NCBI RefSeq assembly: GCF_006345805.1
Contig: NW_021832550.1
Location: 1 to 61,389, forward strand
DNA: 61,389 nucleotides
Reading direction: 5' to 3'
Source of the DNA: Octopus sinensis
Lineage: Eukaryota
Below, in pieces: positions 49,876 through 61,389 of the stretch. The notes under the pieces are model-generated. The model had not been told where the DNA came from and made no database searches. It saw only the letters and a program-made list of their open reading frames with translations. Position 1 is the stretch's first letter, and each line of letters opens with the position of its first letter. The position numbers and the translations under genes were made by a program.

Positions 49876-50285
49876 AGGAAAAATAACAATGAAAAGAAGA
49901 AATACGTCATTCCTTTTACACTGCAGTTAATTAATTCTAAAGTCTGTGATTACAATCAAACCATTGTAAAAATTAAGAATATCTAATCACAAACAAATTG
50001 TCGCAATCAAATTATTTCGAAAATATAATATTACATGTTCTAAAATATCATATCATATTCAAATGACATTATTACAATGAGATTATTGCCAGATTGCATA
50101 TGACATAATACATTTTTTTTCATTGAAATCATTTAAAAACAAAACATTATCAAACACTCTGGAGCAAATAAATACAAAAGGACATAGTTAATTGTTTCTA
50201 AGTCTGTAATTATATACCGGTTTAACCTCTTAGAAGAGATATTCGTTGTGATGTACGAGCATAACGTTTATACATACATACATAC

Positions 50286-50316
<31 letters not shown>

Positions 50317-50334
50317 CATACATACATACATACA

Positions 50335-50368
<34 letters not shown>

Positions 50369-50440
50369 CATACATATATATATTAATATATATATATATA
50401 GTAGAAATATGTTACAGAAAGAAAATAAAAAATATAAAAT

Positions 50441-50480
<40 letters not shown>

Positions 50481-50928
50481 TACAACATACATACTATATA
50501 TGCACACAGACACAAACACATATATTATAGAGAGAGAGATAGAAAGAAAGAAAGAAAGAAGAAGGAAAGAGGGAGGGAGAGAGATAGGGAGCTGTATAAC
50601 GCGAAGGAACGCGTGTAGGATAGAGATTTAAAGTAATTGTATTGTATATATAACAGTGTGATAAATTACTTTCTGAGGCTGTATAGTTCTTCATTCTTAT
50701 TTTTAATATCTTGGCTATACACACGGACGAAATGCCGCCAAGCATTATATCGTAATTTATGAAGTTATAATAAAAAAATTAAACCTAAATCTTGTTTCAT
50801 TCTACTCTTGTACGCACGCACACTTACACACACATACACATACATGTATATAATTACATGTAATTGTATGTGTATATGTGTGCGTGTGTGCATGTATCTA
50901 TATGTTTACATATATATATTATATATAA

Positions 50929-51160
50929 GGCGGCGAGCTGGCAGAAACGATAGCGCCCCGGGCGAAATGCTTAGCGGTATTTCGTCTGTCGTTACGTTCT
51001 GAGTTCCAATTCCGCCGAGGTCGACTTTGCCTTTCATCCTTTCGGGGGTCGATAGATAAAGTATCAGTTTAGCACTGGGGTCGATGTAATCGACTTAATC
51101 CCTTTGTCTGTCCTTGTTTGTCCCCTCTATGTTTAGCCCCTTGTGGGTAGTAAAGAAATA
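50929..51160 (+). mobile_element. Full-length SINE family A monomer (long tail)
   Basis: GGCGGCGAGCTGGCAGAAACG..GAGTTCCAATTCC..GTAGTAAAGAAATA. Confidence 0.9.
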
Positions 51161-51289
51161 TATATATATATATTATATATACAACAAATAAAGTACAGAG
51201 AATTCTGATGAGCTTTTCTTCTGGCTCCGTTCCTAATTATTAGCATATTCAGATATTCTAATTCATAGATACTTGCCTTTCATGGGAAT

Positions 51290-51810
51290 GCTACACCCAT
51301 GTGTAACCAACATTGAAAATTGTTCTGGCACATATGATATGATAAAACAATATTCTAGGTACCGTTTCCACGATGACTCAGGCAAAGTCAGTACTGAATT
51401 TAGCCTTGGCCTTTTGCGGTAGATTTTACCTCACAAATCTATAACAATAAATTCATAAGTTGGTGCAACTTTCGTCACCATGGCGTTTCCTTGAATTTGG
51501 ATTAAAAATTTTCCATCGGAATAGATTGTGTTATTTTCTAGAATACACTTAGCAGAATCCAAAACGAACCCTTGACAAACCCTTGACAAAATCTATTAGG
51601 AATTGTTTTATTGTATTTTCCTATTCAGTAACTTACAGTAGCAATACTTAAAATTTAGCAGACTATTAATCCTGAAGTATTTAATGTTTTGTTTCTTCAT
51701 TGCATCTCAAATTTCCTTTGATTTGCGCATTTCCAGGAGACCATAGAAGTTGCTGGTTTTCCTTTCAGACTTGAACAAATAGTGAAATTCTTTTAAATGC
51801 GACAACTCAA
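51290..51810 (-). pseudogene. Decayed Penelope-like reverse transcriptase fragment
   Basis: Minus translation KTSNFYGLLEMRKSKEI (~51757-51715), LENNTIYSDGKFLIQIQGNAMVTKVAPTY (~51541-51455), SWKRYLEYCFII (~51373-51338). These are PLE-type FYGLPKxHK, QxxGxAMGxxxAPxYA and WxRYxDD motifs, mutated, with an internal deletion. Confidence 0.8.
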
Positions 51811-51965
51811 TAAATAATGATTAAAAAAAAATCATCGGCGACAAGAGATAAAGAATGATGCTACTTAACTGGGATTTAAAGAATAACCAGCCTCTTCTAT
51901 GCTCTTCTGAAAACGCACTCAAAGGAAATTCGGTATGGAGGGAAAGAGTGACATCGAAAGAGACC

Positions 51966-51996
<31 letters not shown>

Positions 51997-52129
51997 CACA
52001 AACAGTGAATTACATCAAAATGGTAAGTTCACCAAATATGAAACTAAGACCCATAATAAATTTATCCCATCAAGCCCTACTCAACATCTAAGTAGTTCCA
52101 TTGTCATTAATTTAAAACCATTATATTCA

Positions 52130-52460
52130 TCATCACCATCCTCCTCCTCCTCCTCCTCCTCCTCCTCCTCCTCATCATCATAATCATCATCACCGCCATC
52201 TTCACTATAATGATCACCATTTTCACCATGAACACCAACATCATCGGTGTCTCATCGTCATCGTCGTCAACAGCGTCGTCGTGGTCGTCATGGTCATTAC
52301 CATCACCACAAGCATCACCATCATCAACATCGTCAATACCGCCGCCGCCGCCGCCGCACCACCACCACCATCATCATCACCTCCACCATTGCCAACACCA
52401 CTATCATCACCACTGCCCTCCTCCTGCTTCTCTTGCACCTCCTGCTGCTACTCCTGCTGC
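52130..52460. repeat. Mixed trinucleotide low-complexity tract
   Basis: Directly visible. Confidence 0.85.
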
Positions 52461-52709
52461 TGCTGTGCACCTCCTACACACACATATATATATAATTTTC
52501 TTCTCTTTCTATTATGTTTTCGTCCTCCATTTATTTTCCTTTCAATCATTTCTGTCGAAGAACGTAGACTGGAAACGTCGAAGACTTCTCCATTATTCCC
52601 GAGCGTCAAACTAATACACTTGTTTGTTGTTTCCTCACTTGTCTTTGCCTTTTATTTTTGTTTTCGGTAAATTTGAACTATACACACACACACATACTCT
52701 CTTTACCTC

Positions 52710-52904
52710 TTTACTCTTTTACTCTTTTACTTGTTTCAGTCATTTGACTGCGGCCATGCTGGAGCACCGCCTTTAGTCGAGCAAATCGACCCCGGGACTT
52801 ATTCTTTGTAAGCCCAGTACTTATTCTATCGGTCTCTTTTGCCGAACCGCTAAGTGACGGGGACGTAAACACACAAGCATCGGTTGTCAAGCAATGTTAG
52901 GGGA

Positions 52905-52954
<50 letters not shown>

Positions 52955-53124
52955 CATATACGACAGGCTTCTTTCATTTTCCGTCTACCAAATCCACTCA
53001 CAAGGCTTTGGTCGCCCCGAGGCTATAGTAGAAGACACATGCCCAAGATGCCACGCAGTGGGACTGAACCCGGAACTATGTGGTTGGTTAGCAAGCTACT
53101 TACCGCACAGCCACTCCTGCGCCT
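52710..53124 (-). mobile_element. Full-length SINE family B
   Basis: Collinear with 40863-41314. Confidence 0.9.
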
Positions 53125-53654
53125 CAAACACACATACATACATACATACATACATACATACATACATACATACATACTACATAATACATGCATACATACA
53201 TGCATACATACATACATAGACACAAACATACATACACACATACATATGAATTTAAAATGACTATACTGAAAACAGAAGGTTTATGCATAATTCAGACGTT
53301 TGAAAATACCTATACGTATACACACGCACACAAACAGTTCATACACCCATACACTCATACTCACTAAGTTCTCAAAGACAGACTAAAACTACATAACACA
53401 TAATATATACATAGCTTGTTACTTCGTTTGTACTTTCGGAGCCTCATTTGTTCTGCGTTACCTCCGGTCATTCTCCTCCACCATTTTCAATATACATAAT
53501 ACACAACAACTTATAAATTCCCCGTTGGTTATATTTTTCTTTACTTTTTCTTCATTTTTTTCTTCTTCTATGGAACTGTCTGAAGAAGAGCTTGCGCTCA
53601 AAATATTCATGACACTTCTGCTTTCATCACTCACTGAGCGTCAAATTAAATCCT

Positions 53655-54053
53655 TTCTACAATAGGCACAAGGCCTGAAATTTGTGGAAGGTGTCTAGAC
53701 GATTACATCGACGTCACGTCATGGTTTCACTGGTACTTAATTTATCGACCCCGAAAGGATGAAAGGCAAAGTCGACTTCGGCGGAATTTGAACTCAGAAC
53801 ATTTCGACAGTCGAAATACCTATTTCTTTATTACCCACAAGGGGCTAAACATAGAGGGGACAAACAAAGACAGACATAGGTATTAAGTCGATTACATCGA
53901 CCCCAGTGCGTAACTGTTGCTTAATTTATCGACCCCCGAAAGGATGAAAGGCAAAGTCGACTTCGGCGGAATTTGAACTCAGAACATTTCGACAGTCGAA
54001 ATACCGTTTAGCATTTCGCCCGGCGTGCTAACGATTCTGCCAGCTCACCGCCT
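53655..54053 (-). mobile_element. SINE family A dimer
   Basis: Junction CGAAATAC|CTATTTCTTTA at ~53820. Confidence 0.85.
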
Positions 54054-54100
54054 TACTTTCACTCTGTCTTCTATGTCGCTATTCTCGTCGTTAATTTGAA

Positions 54101-54131
<31 letters not shown>

Positions 54132-54165
54132 TGTATGTATGTATGTATGTATGTATGTATGTATG

Positions 54166-54203
<38 letters not shown>

Positions 54204-54289
54204 CACATGCATATGTCTGTGTTCATCGATTAACCAATATATATATACACACTCACACACGCACACACACATTCTTTATTCTTTACGCC

Positions 54290-54519
54290 TTGAAGGGTTT
54301 GTTTAATCGAACAAATCGACCTCAGGTTTTATTTATAAACCTAGTATCTTCTACCGAACCGCTAGCTTATGGGGAGGTTTCCGCCTTCTAAATCCTCTCC
54401 CAAGGGTTTGGTCAGCCCGGGGCTATATTAGAAGACGCTTGCCGAAGTTGCCACGCCGTGGGACTGAAGCCAGAACCCTGTGGTTGGGAAGCAGGCTTCT
54501 TACCACAAACCCACGCCTA

Positions 54520-54520
<1 letters not shown>
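54290..54520 (-). mobile_element. Internally deleted, degenerate SINE family B
   Basis: CCGAACCGCTAGCTTA joined to CCGCCTTCTAAATCC..GGCTATATTAGAAGACGCTTGCC. Confidence 0.7.
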
Positions 54521-54585
<65 letters not shown>

Positions 54586-55114
54586 TATGGATAAATAGAT
54601 TCAAACACGCTCACAAACACACACACAAATATATATTCATACACATATTTGGAAAAGAAAAATTAGCTTTGTCTTTCTGTTTTTCCTGCGAGAATATACT
54701 GCTTACAAATTTATAATTGTTTATATTAAAAAGATTCCTTTTTAATTATAATTCATTCACATTCTATTGATTGGAATTCCAATTCGATATCAACTCTAGT
54801 TTTTGTAATATTTATTATTGGAAAAAAAAATGTGTTTTTAATTGCTCCTTTCGATGCTAAATTAAGTAGAAAACGAAATATTTACAGAGAAGAATGGTAT
54901 CATGGGATGTGTATGGTGGATCAATACAGAATTAATGTCTTTATGGAAATAATATTTTCTTTTGGCATTTTGCGATAACATAAAAATCAATAACAACTAG
55001 AATGATGACCAATGGAAACCATTAAAAGTGCTTATTCTCGATGTGCTAGAAATAGCATCTAAATTTCTCCGAAATGTTTTGAAATAATGGATAATGTTTA
55101 GAAATAATGGACTT

Positions 55115-55260
55115 CTGGTAAGAAGTTGGCTTCTCAACCACACGGCTCCGGGTTCAGTCCCACAACGCGCCCACTTGCGCAAGTGTCTTCTGCTTTAACA
55201 CCAGGCCGATTAAAACCTTGCGAAAGGATTTGGTAGACGGGAACCGAAAGCTGGACGTCG

Positions 55261-55262
<2 letters not shown>
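55115..55262 (+). mobile_element. SINE family B 5' half, degenerate
   Basis: GGTAAGAAGTTGGCTTCTCAACCAC..GGGTTCAGTCCCAC..GATTTGGTAGACGGGAACCGAAAG. Confidence 0.7.
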
Positions 55263-55349
<87 letters not shown>

Positions 55350-55804
55350 GTCTGTCTGTCTGTCTGTCTGTCTATTTATCTATCTATCTATTTATCCATC
55401 CATCTATCTATCTATCTTTCTATGTAGTTATATGGATAAATACAATTAAGCTCGACACACATAGACACAGAAACACATACACACACAAATTATGCTATAT
55501 GTATATATGTATGTGTTTATCTTTCTGAATAAATGCAGGTATTGGTGTCTATGTTTCTCTCTCTCTTTCTATCTCCCCCTCTCTCTATATATATATGTAT
55601 ATATCGTTATTTTACGAAGATACATCTTGGTAATCACCTGAAGAGACACATCTACACCGACGGATACTCCTAAACCAGCTGTTCAGTGCCCCACCCGTGA
55701 AGAATCGATGTGAAATGGGTCGAAACAATTGTAGTGATTAATAAATATTCTCACTTTTCCCATCTTTCGTCTCTCTCATTAATCAAATACACACACACAC
55801 ATAT

Positions 55805-55879
<75 letters not shown>

Positions 55880-56538
55880 AATAAATGGAGCAATAAATAA
55901 CAATGAGAAGTGGATCATTGTTGTTTAAAAGTCATTATTTAATTGAATTTGGAACCATTTACAGCTGTTTCTGTTTATCAAATCGCAGTAAATTTGCATT
56001 TACCTCGCTGCATTTAATAAACAGCTTCAGAATGAATAGAAGGAATGAAAGGCAAAGAAAAAGAAAACGAAAAATGTTTGCTAAAGTCTGAAGGCTTACA
56101 TTATATTGACTTGTAGTAGATCCCTTCTTTAGATGCGTGTGACAGTAAGTGGGGACAGTGATTATTTGACCGGCGGTGTTGGCCGAAGGAGTTATACGTG
56201 GTGGGGATTCCAGTGGTTATTAGAAATAAGTAACGGTAATTTGTGGCTTCTAAGTTAGTTCCTCTAATTACAAGGGAATCCCTTGTTTAAACTAAAGATG
56301 CCATTACAATTTGAATGATATAGTGTGTAGATATGGGCTACGTAAAGGAAGAGTAAAAAGAGTTAAAGAGTACATAAGAATCATTAAATAGAAAAATTAT
56401 AACGTGTAGTGTGAGTCGGTAGTTTAAGTCGATTTCTCTTATAGCCAATCTTGACGCTGTAGACCTAGTCTTGGATTAAGAATTGGGAGGTAAGGTCATG
56501 GTTGGAATGAAGTCCTTGGCAATATTTAAATACTCAAA

Positions 56539-56960
56539 GGCGGCGAGCTGGCAGAAACGTTAGCACGCCGGGCGAAATAGTTAGCGGTATTTCGTTTGCT
56601 GTTACGTTGTGAGTTCAAATTCCGCCGAGGTCGACTTTGCTTTTCATCCTTTCGGGGTTGATAAATTAAGTACCAGTTACGCACTGGGGTCGATATAATC
56701 GACTTAATCTGTTTGTCTGTCCCTGTTTGTCCTCTCTGTGTTTAGCCCCTTGTGGGTAGTAAAGAAATAGGTATTTCGTCTGCTGTTACGTTCTGAGTTC
56801 AAATTCCGCCGAGGTCGACTTTGCCTTTCATCCTTTCGGGGGATCGATAAATTAAATACCAGTTGCGTACTGGGGTTGATCTAATCAACTGGCCCCCTCC
56901 CCAAAGATTTCGTGTGGTTGATGAAGTCGTCCGGGCCCTTCCCCAAAATTTCAAGCGTTC
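56539..56960 (+). mobile_element. SINE family A dimer (long-tail unit plus short-tail unit)
   Basis: Junction GTAAAGAAATAG|GTATTTCG at ~56770. Confidence 0.85.
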
Positions 56961-57609
56961 TTTCGTTATTATCATACAAATTATAACAACTTGTTTTCTA
57001 TTTCGCGGATAATGAAATAAAAAGAACAATAAAAATCGATATTAAAGTAATAGTTCAATAATAAATAATTGCAGCTGAAATGAAGAGATAGGAAGAAAAA
57101 GAGGAAGCTTTGCATCACACTGACATAAATGCATTGTGTGGTTTATAACATCTTGAGACAAGTTCGTACTTCTAGCTGTCAGATGCTTATAGAAATATAT
57201 GAATAAGTGGCGCGTTCATTAACTGTACTGTATAGAGAATAGGATACGAATACTATTTTTAAATACATTGTGATATATAAACCGGTGATGTTCAGAGAAT
57301 ATCGAAAATGAAGGAGATATGTGAAATTGTAAAATGTTCGTTGTATTGTGAAAGTTTATAATACGCTCATTGAAAGATTTTGCAAACGTACTCGAATCAA
57401 CGCAATTAGAAGTAAAACTTGAGTTTAAAACTAACGTAAAGAAACGAGGTTGTAGTAAATACAGGAACAATATACTTTACAATTATGTCAAAAGCAAAGG
57501 CGATGAACTGGCTCAATCATTGAGCACTGGAGGCGATGTAATCGATTTTTTCTTTTTCCCTAAAATCGCTGGTCTTGTGCCAGAATTTGATACAATATTC
57601 TTTTGTACT

Positions 57610-57996
57610 CTAGAAACAAGGCCCTCAATTTTTGGGGAAGGGGGCCAGTTGATTAGATCGATCTCAGTGTATAACTGGTACTTAATTTATCGACCCCGAA
57701 AGGATAAAAGGCAAAGTCGACTTCGACGGAATTTGAACTCAGAACGTAAAGACAGACGAAATACCTATTTCTTTACTACCCACAAGGGGCTAAACACAGA
57801 GAGGACAAACAAGGACAGACAAACAGATTAAGTCGATTATATCGACCCCAGTGCGTAACTGGTACTTATTTAATCGACCCTGAAAGGATGAAAGGCAAAG
57901 TCGACCTCAGCGGAATTTGAACTCAGAACGTATCGGCAGACGAAATACTGCTAAGCATTTCGCCCGGCGTGCTAACGTTTCTGCCAGCTCGCCGCC
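57610..57996 (-). mobile_element. SINE family A dimer
   Basis: Junction CGAAATAC|CTATTTCTTTA at ~57765. Confidence 0.85.
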
Positions 57997-58563
57997 ATGA
58001 ATTTGATACAACATTAAGCTGACAAATGTAATGAGGTGATAGAATCGTTAGCACCAGGGGCAAAATGGTTACTGACATTTCTTCCCGCCTTTCAAACCCA
58101 GCAGGGGTCAGATTTGCTGTTTATACTTTCGGAGTCGTTAAAAGCCTTTCTGCTATATGGACAAAGTTTAGAATTTTGGCGGAGGATATTAGTCGATTAC
58201 AGCGACCCCACTGTTCAACTGGTATTTATTGTAACGACACCGAAAGGATGAAAGGTAAAACCGATCTCGGCGGCATTTGAACTCCGAACGTAATGCCGGA
58301 AGAAATGCCACTAGGAATTTTGTCCGGCATGCTAATAATTTTGCGAGCTTTTAGGGGTCGCTAAAATAAGTAGCAGTTGAGTAATGCGTTAATATAATGA
58401 AGTTTCCCCCCTCTAAATTTGCTGGCCTTGTGCCGTAATTTAAAAGCATTTATAGCAAAGGCGTTTCTTTTCCCTCCTAGAGCTCAAGAAAAATGCAATG
58501 CTTCAGGTTTAGAACAATCCCCTTATACTAATCAGCAATGAGTATTTATTTGCAATCAAAACG

Positions 58564-58790
58564 GGACTCCGTCGGTTACGACGAGTGTTCCACCCAATCC
58601 GATCAACGGAATAGCCTATTCGTGAAATTAACGTGCAAATGGTTGAGTATCCCACAGACACGCATACCCTTTACGTAGTTCTCATCGTGACACAAAATGT
58701 AACAAGGCCGGCCCGCTTTGTATTACAGGTACAACTAGCTTCAGCCAGGTGAACAGACTGGAGCAAAGGGTAATAAAATGTCTTACAGAG
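58564..58790 (-). mobile_element. Headless SINE family C copy
   Basis: CTCCGTCGGTTACGACGAG..GATCAACGGAATAG..AATTAACGTGCAAATGG, as at 12071 and 12374. Confidence 0.7.
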
Positions 58791-58885
58791 GAACGCAATT
58801 CAGTGTTGTTATTAGAAATGAGTAACGGTCATTTGTGGCTTCTAAGTTAGTTCCTGTAATACGAACATTAAACATACTCAGAATA

Positions 58886-59283
58886 TCTTTATATATAAAA
58901 GTGAGGTTGTGTGCTGTCTGTCTCCTACGATTTTGATTCCTAACTACTCCCACATTTTGCGGTGCAGTTTAACCAAAACCGGGTATCTTATAGTCGTGAT
59001 TCATATCGAGCCCTTCTGGGTATTAGCGCGCGTCTACGATGAGTCTACGATTTAAAAAAATATTTACAATCAATTTTTCCCATTTTTAATGCATTTTTGG
59101 CATATATAAGGGAAGTAACTTCTCTAAAAATTTTATTATTAAATCTCAGACGTAAAAAGCTACAGTCAACACCCCCCCTTTGTGGTTAGCCATATTGAGA
59201 TGGCTATTATACTTTACAACTCTAAAAACGCTTATATAGTTATTTCCCTTACAAACCCGAGCAACGCCGGGCGATACTGCTAG
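58886..59283 (+). mobile_element. Complete non-autonomous Helitron (398 bp)
   Basis: A|TC 5' end (TCTTTATATATAAAAG), 3' hairpin CCCG-AGCAACGC-CGGG (59256-59271), CTAG|T 3' end, no TSD. Confidence 0.85.
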
Positions 59284-59662
59284 TAATATAATATAATGTA
59301 AACAATTTCATCATCCAACACAGTTTTTTTCCCCAGAAGTCAAACTCAAGGAAAATAATCGCTCAAAAGAGTAGCGACTCTTTGATTTCTTGTACTCTTT
59401 ACGACACTTTATTGTGAATTCTCGCGAATTTTCTTATTTTCATCCAAAATGAAGAGGAACACCATTCCTGCATGCGATCGGCTTGAAAATTTAAGATTTT
59501 AAGATATTTTCTTAGCAGTGAAACTAATAGTTGCCTTAATACACAAATAAAGAAATTCTGTCCACCAATGAGGTATTGAGCATTTATTCTCATTGTTCAA
59601 CATTTACACACACACACACACATACATGCACACACGTACGCATATATATGGAGAAAGAGAGC

Positions 59663-59693
<31 letters not shown>

Positions 59694-60074
59694 TGAGATT
59701 TTGATCATTAAAATGAAAATGACTTGTTCTCTTAAACATGAGGGGAAAGTAGAATGATTTTAAAACATAGATAAAGAACGAAAGAAAACAAGGAAATATC
59801 TTTAATGACGCTCAGTAATTCTATGGATTTTGTAATAACAAATCTAGAATAATGATTATCTTGTCTAAGCTGTTCAACAGTTTGTAATTCATACTGTAAT
59901 ATTTTTGTAAATAATGAGCCATCACATTTAATTTAAATTTTGTAACTTTCATTAAACGATACAGAAACAAACCGCTAGTTATCCAAACACAGAAATCATG
60001 TAAAAAAAGAGAAAAGACGTGGAGCGCACAGCTGAGTGCCGCCATGTTTAATTGAAATTTTATTTTTATTATCA

Positions 60075-60370
60075 AACCAGAGCGTGAGGGATGTCATCGC
60101 AGAGTAAAAACACGCAGCAAGTTTAGATGGGCTGGACACGTCGCCCGGCTCACCGATAATCGGTGGACCCGCGCAGTTGTCGAGTGGTACCTGCGCGAGC
60201 GGAAACGACCACCCGGAAGGCCTCCACAACGGTGGAGTTACGATTTCAGGAGGACGATTGGGATCACGTGGATAGAAAGGCGCGACCGAGAGGAGTGGAA
60301 CAGCGTGCTGTGACCAGCAGAGTCAAATGGACGCCCGACAGACTGGTCAGTCAAGGTGATCAAGGTGATA
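60075..60370 (+). mobile_element. RTE-clade LINE 3' end
   Basis: SKFRWAGHVARLTDNRWTRAVVEWYLRERKRPPGRPPQRW..*, with a short tandem tail (CAAGGTGAT)2. Confidence 0.88.
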
Positions 60371-60386
60371 TATATATATATATATC

Positions 60387-60420
<34 letters not shown>

Positions 60421-60640
60421 TATATATAATATTAAAGAGATAAAACCACTATTAGGCAAATCAAACAGTGAAAATCATAAACCATACATAGAAATAACAT
60501 TAATTAATGATTTGACTAATAGTAGTTTTTTATCTCTAATTTATATATATATTTATACTATAAAATTAGATTAATCCTAACTAATTTTTCCCTGTAAGTT
60601 TTGGATTTATTATTAATATTATTATTATTATATAATTATA

Positions 60641-60671
<31 letters not shown>

Positions 60672-61389
60672 TATTATTATAGTATTATTATATATATATA
60701 TATATACAAACGAGAATTCCATTAGAAAAGTTTTAATCGATTTTATCGGTAAGTATGAGGCTAGGAAAAAAAATACAAACCGCATTCCAATCTATGCACC
60801 TGTCACCACATGTTTGCCCACTTTTCACGCGAATTCGCCCAGCCGTTTGGCTGTGAACCACAATACAAGAAAAGATACAACGATCGCCCATGTCCAATTT
60901 AATATTATAGAATATAATATAATAATATATGTATATATATATATACACCCACACACACACACACCACACACATATATATATATTATATATATAATATATA
61001 AATATATCTAATATATATATATATATAATAACAATATATGCATATATGTAAAAGTACATTCACGAAGATACCTACACAAATAGTGGATACAGATATGTAT
61101 GTATAAAGTCTTTCACAATTTATTTGTTTGATTTTTTATATGCATATATATATATATATATATATATATAGATAATATATAATATATATATATATATATT
61201 ATAAATATATATATACACATATACACATACTCATTCTTGTATTTACACATATATTTATGTTTACGCATGCACACACACACATATACAAATATTATATATA
61301 TATATAACGACTTGACTGTGAAATTTTTAATTATCCTGATGAGGGGGCCATTGCCAAGATATGCACTAATTCACAATCGGACCGCCATA

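Noticed and set aside
51206-51235. CUGAUGAGC..GCUC
   Set aside because: No GAAA follows.
56100-56520. Possible very old LINE fragment
   Set aside because: No diagnostic motif could be read. Only the ~58-bp match to ~58801-58858 is supported.

Overview
A eukaryotic, strongly AT-rich, repeat-saturated window that looks intronic or intergenic. It is most likely from an octopus or other coleoid cephalopod, inferred from my recollection of the SINE families and not from a database search. I cannot support any intact protein-coding gene, tRNA, rRNA or CRISPR array, and most of the supplied ORFs are translations of microsatellites. The window holds many copies of several tRNA-headed SINE families (monomers, dimers and one trimer), a full-length decayed mariner, a Tc1 fragment, Helitron-type elements, 3' fragments of RTE, CR1 and R4/Dong-type LINEs, an LTR-like segment, a decayed Penelope-like (PLE) reverse transcriptase, and 12-bp and 17-bp satellites. 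The main hidden signal is a set of hammerhead ribozyme (HHR) motifs from several unrelated PLE/retrozyme-like families. The best case is 47057-48280: three tandem ~360-bp units plus an inverted arm. Each unit carries a minimal type I HHR whose catalytic C3-G8 pair is replaced by a compensatory U3-A8 pair, an architecture expected to give ~360-nt self-cleaved, possibly circular, RNAs. A second family (41503-41613) holds its HHR inside a perfect 51-bp hairpin with its own antisense. Several adjacent duplications differ mostly by single-base indels, so assembly error must be excluded. Coordinates were counted by hand, and repeat boundaries are approximate.
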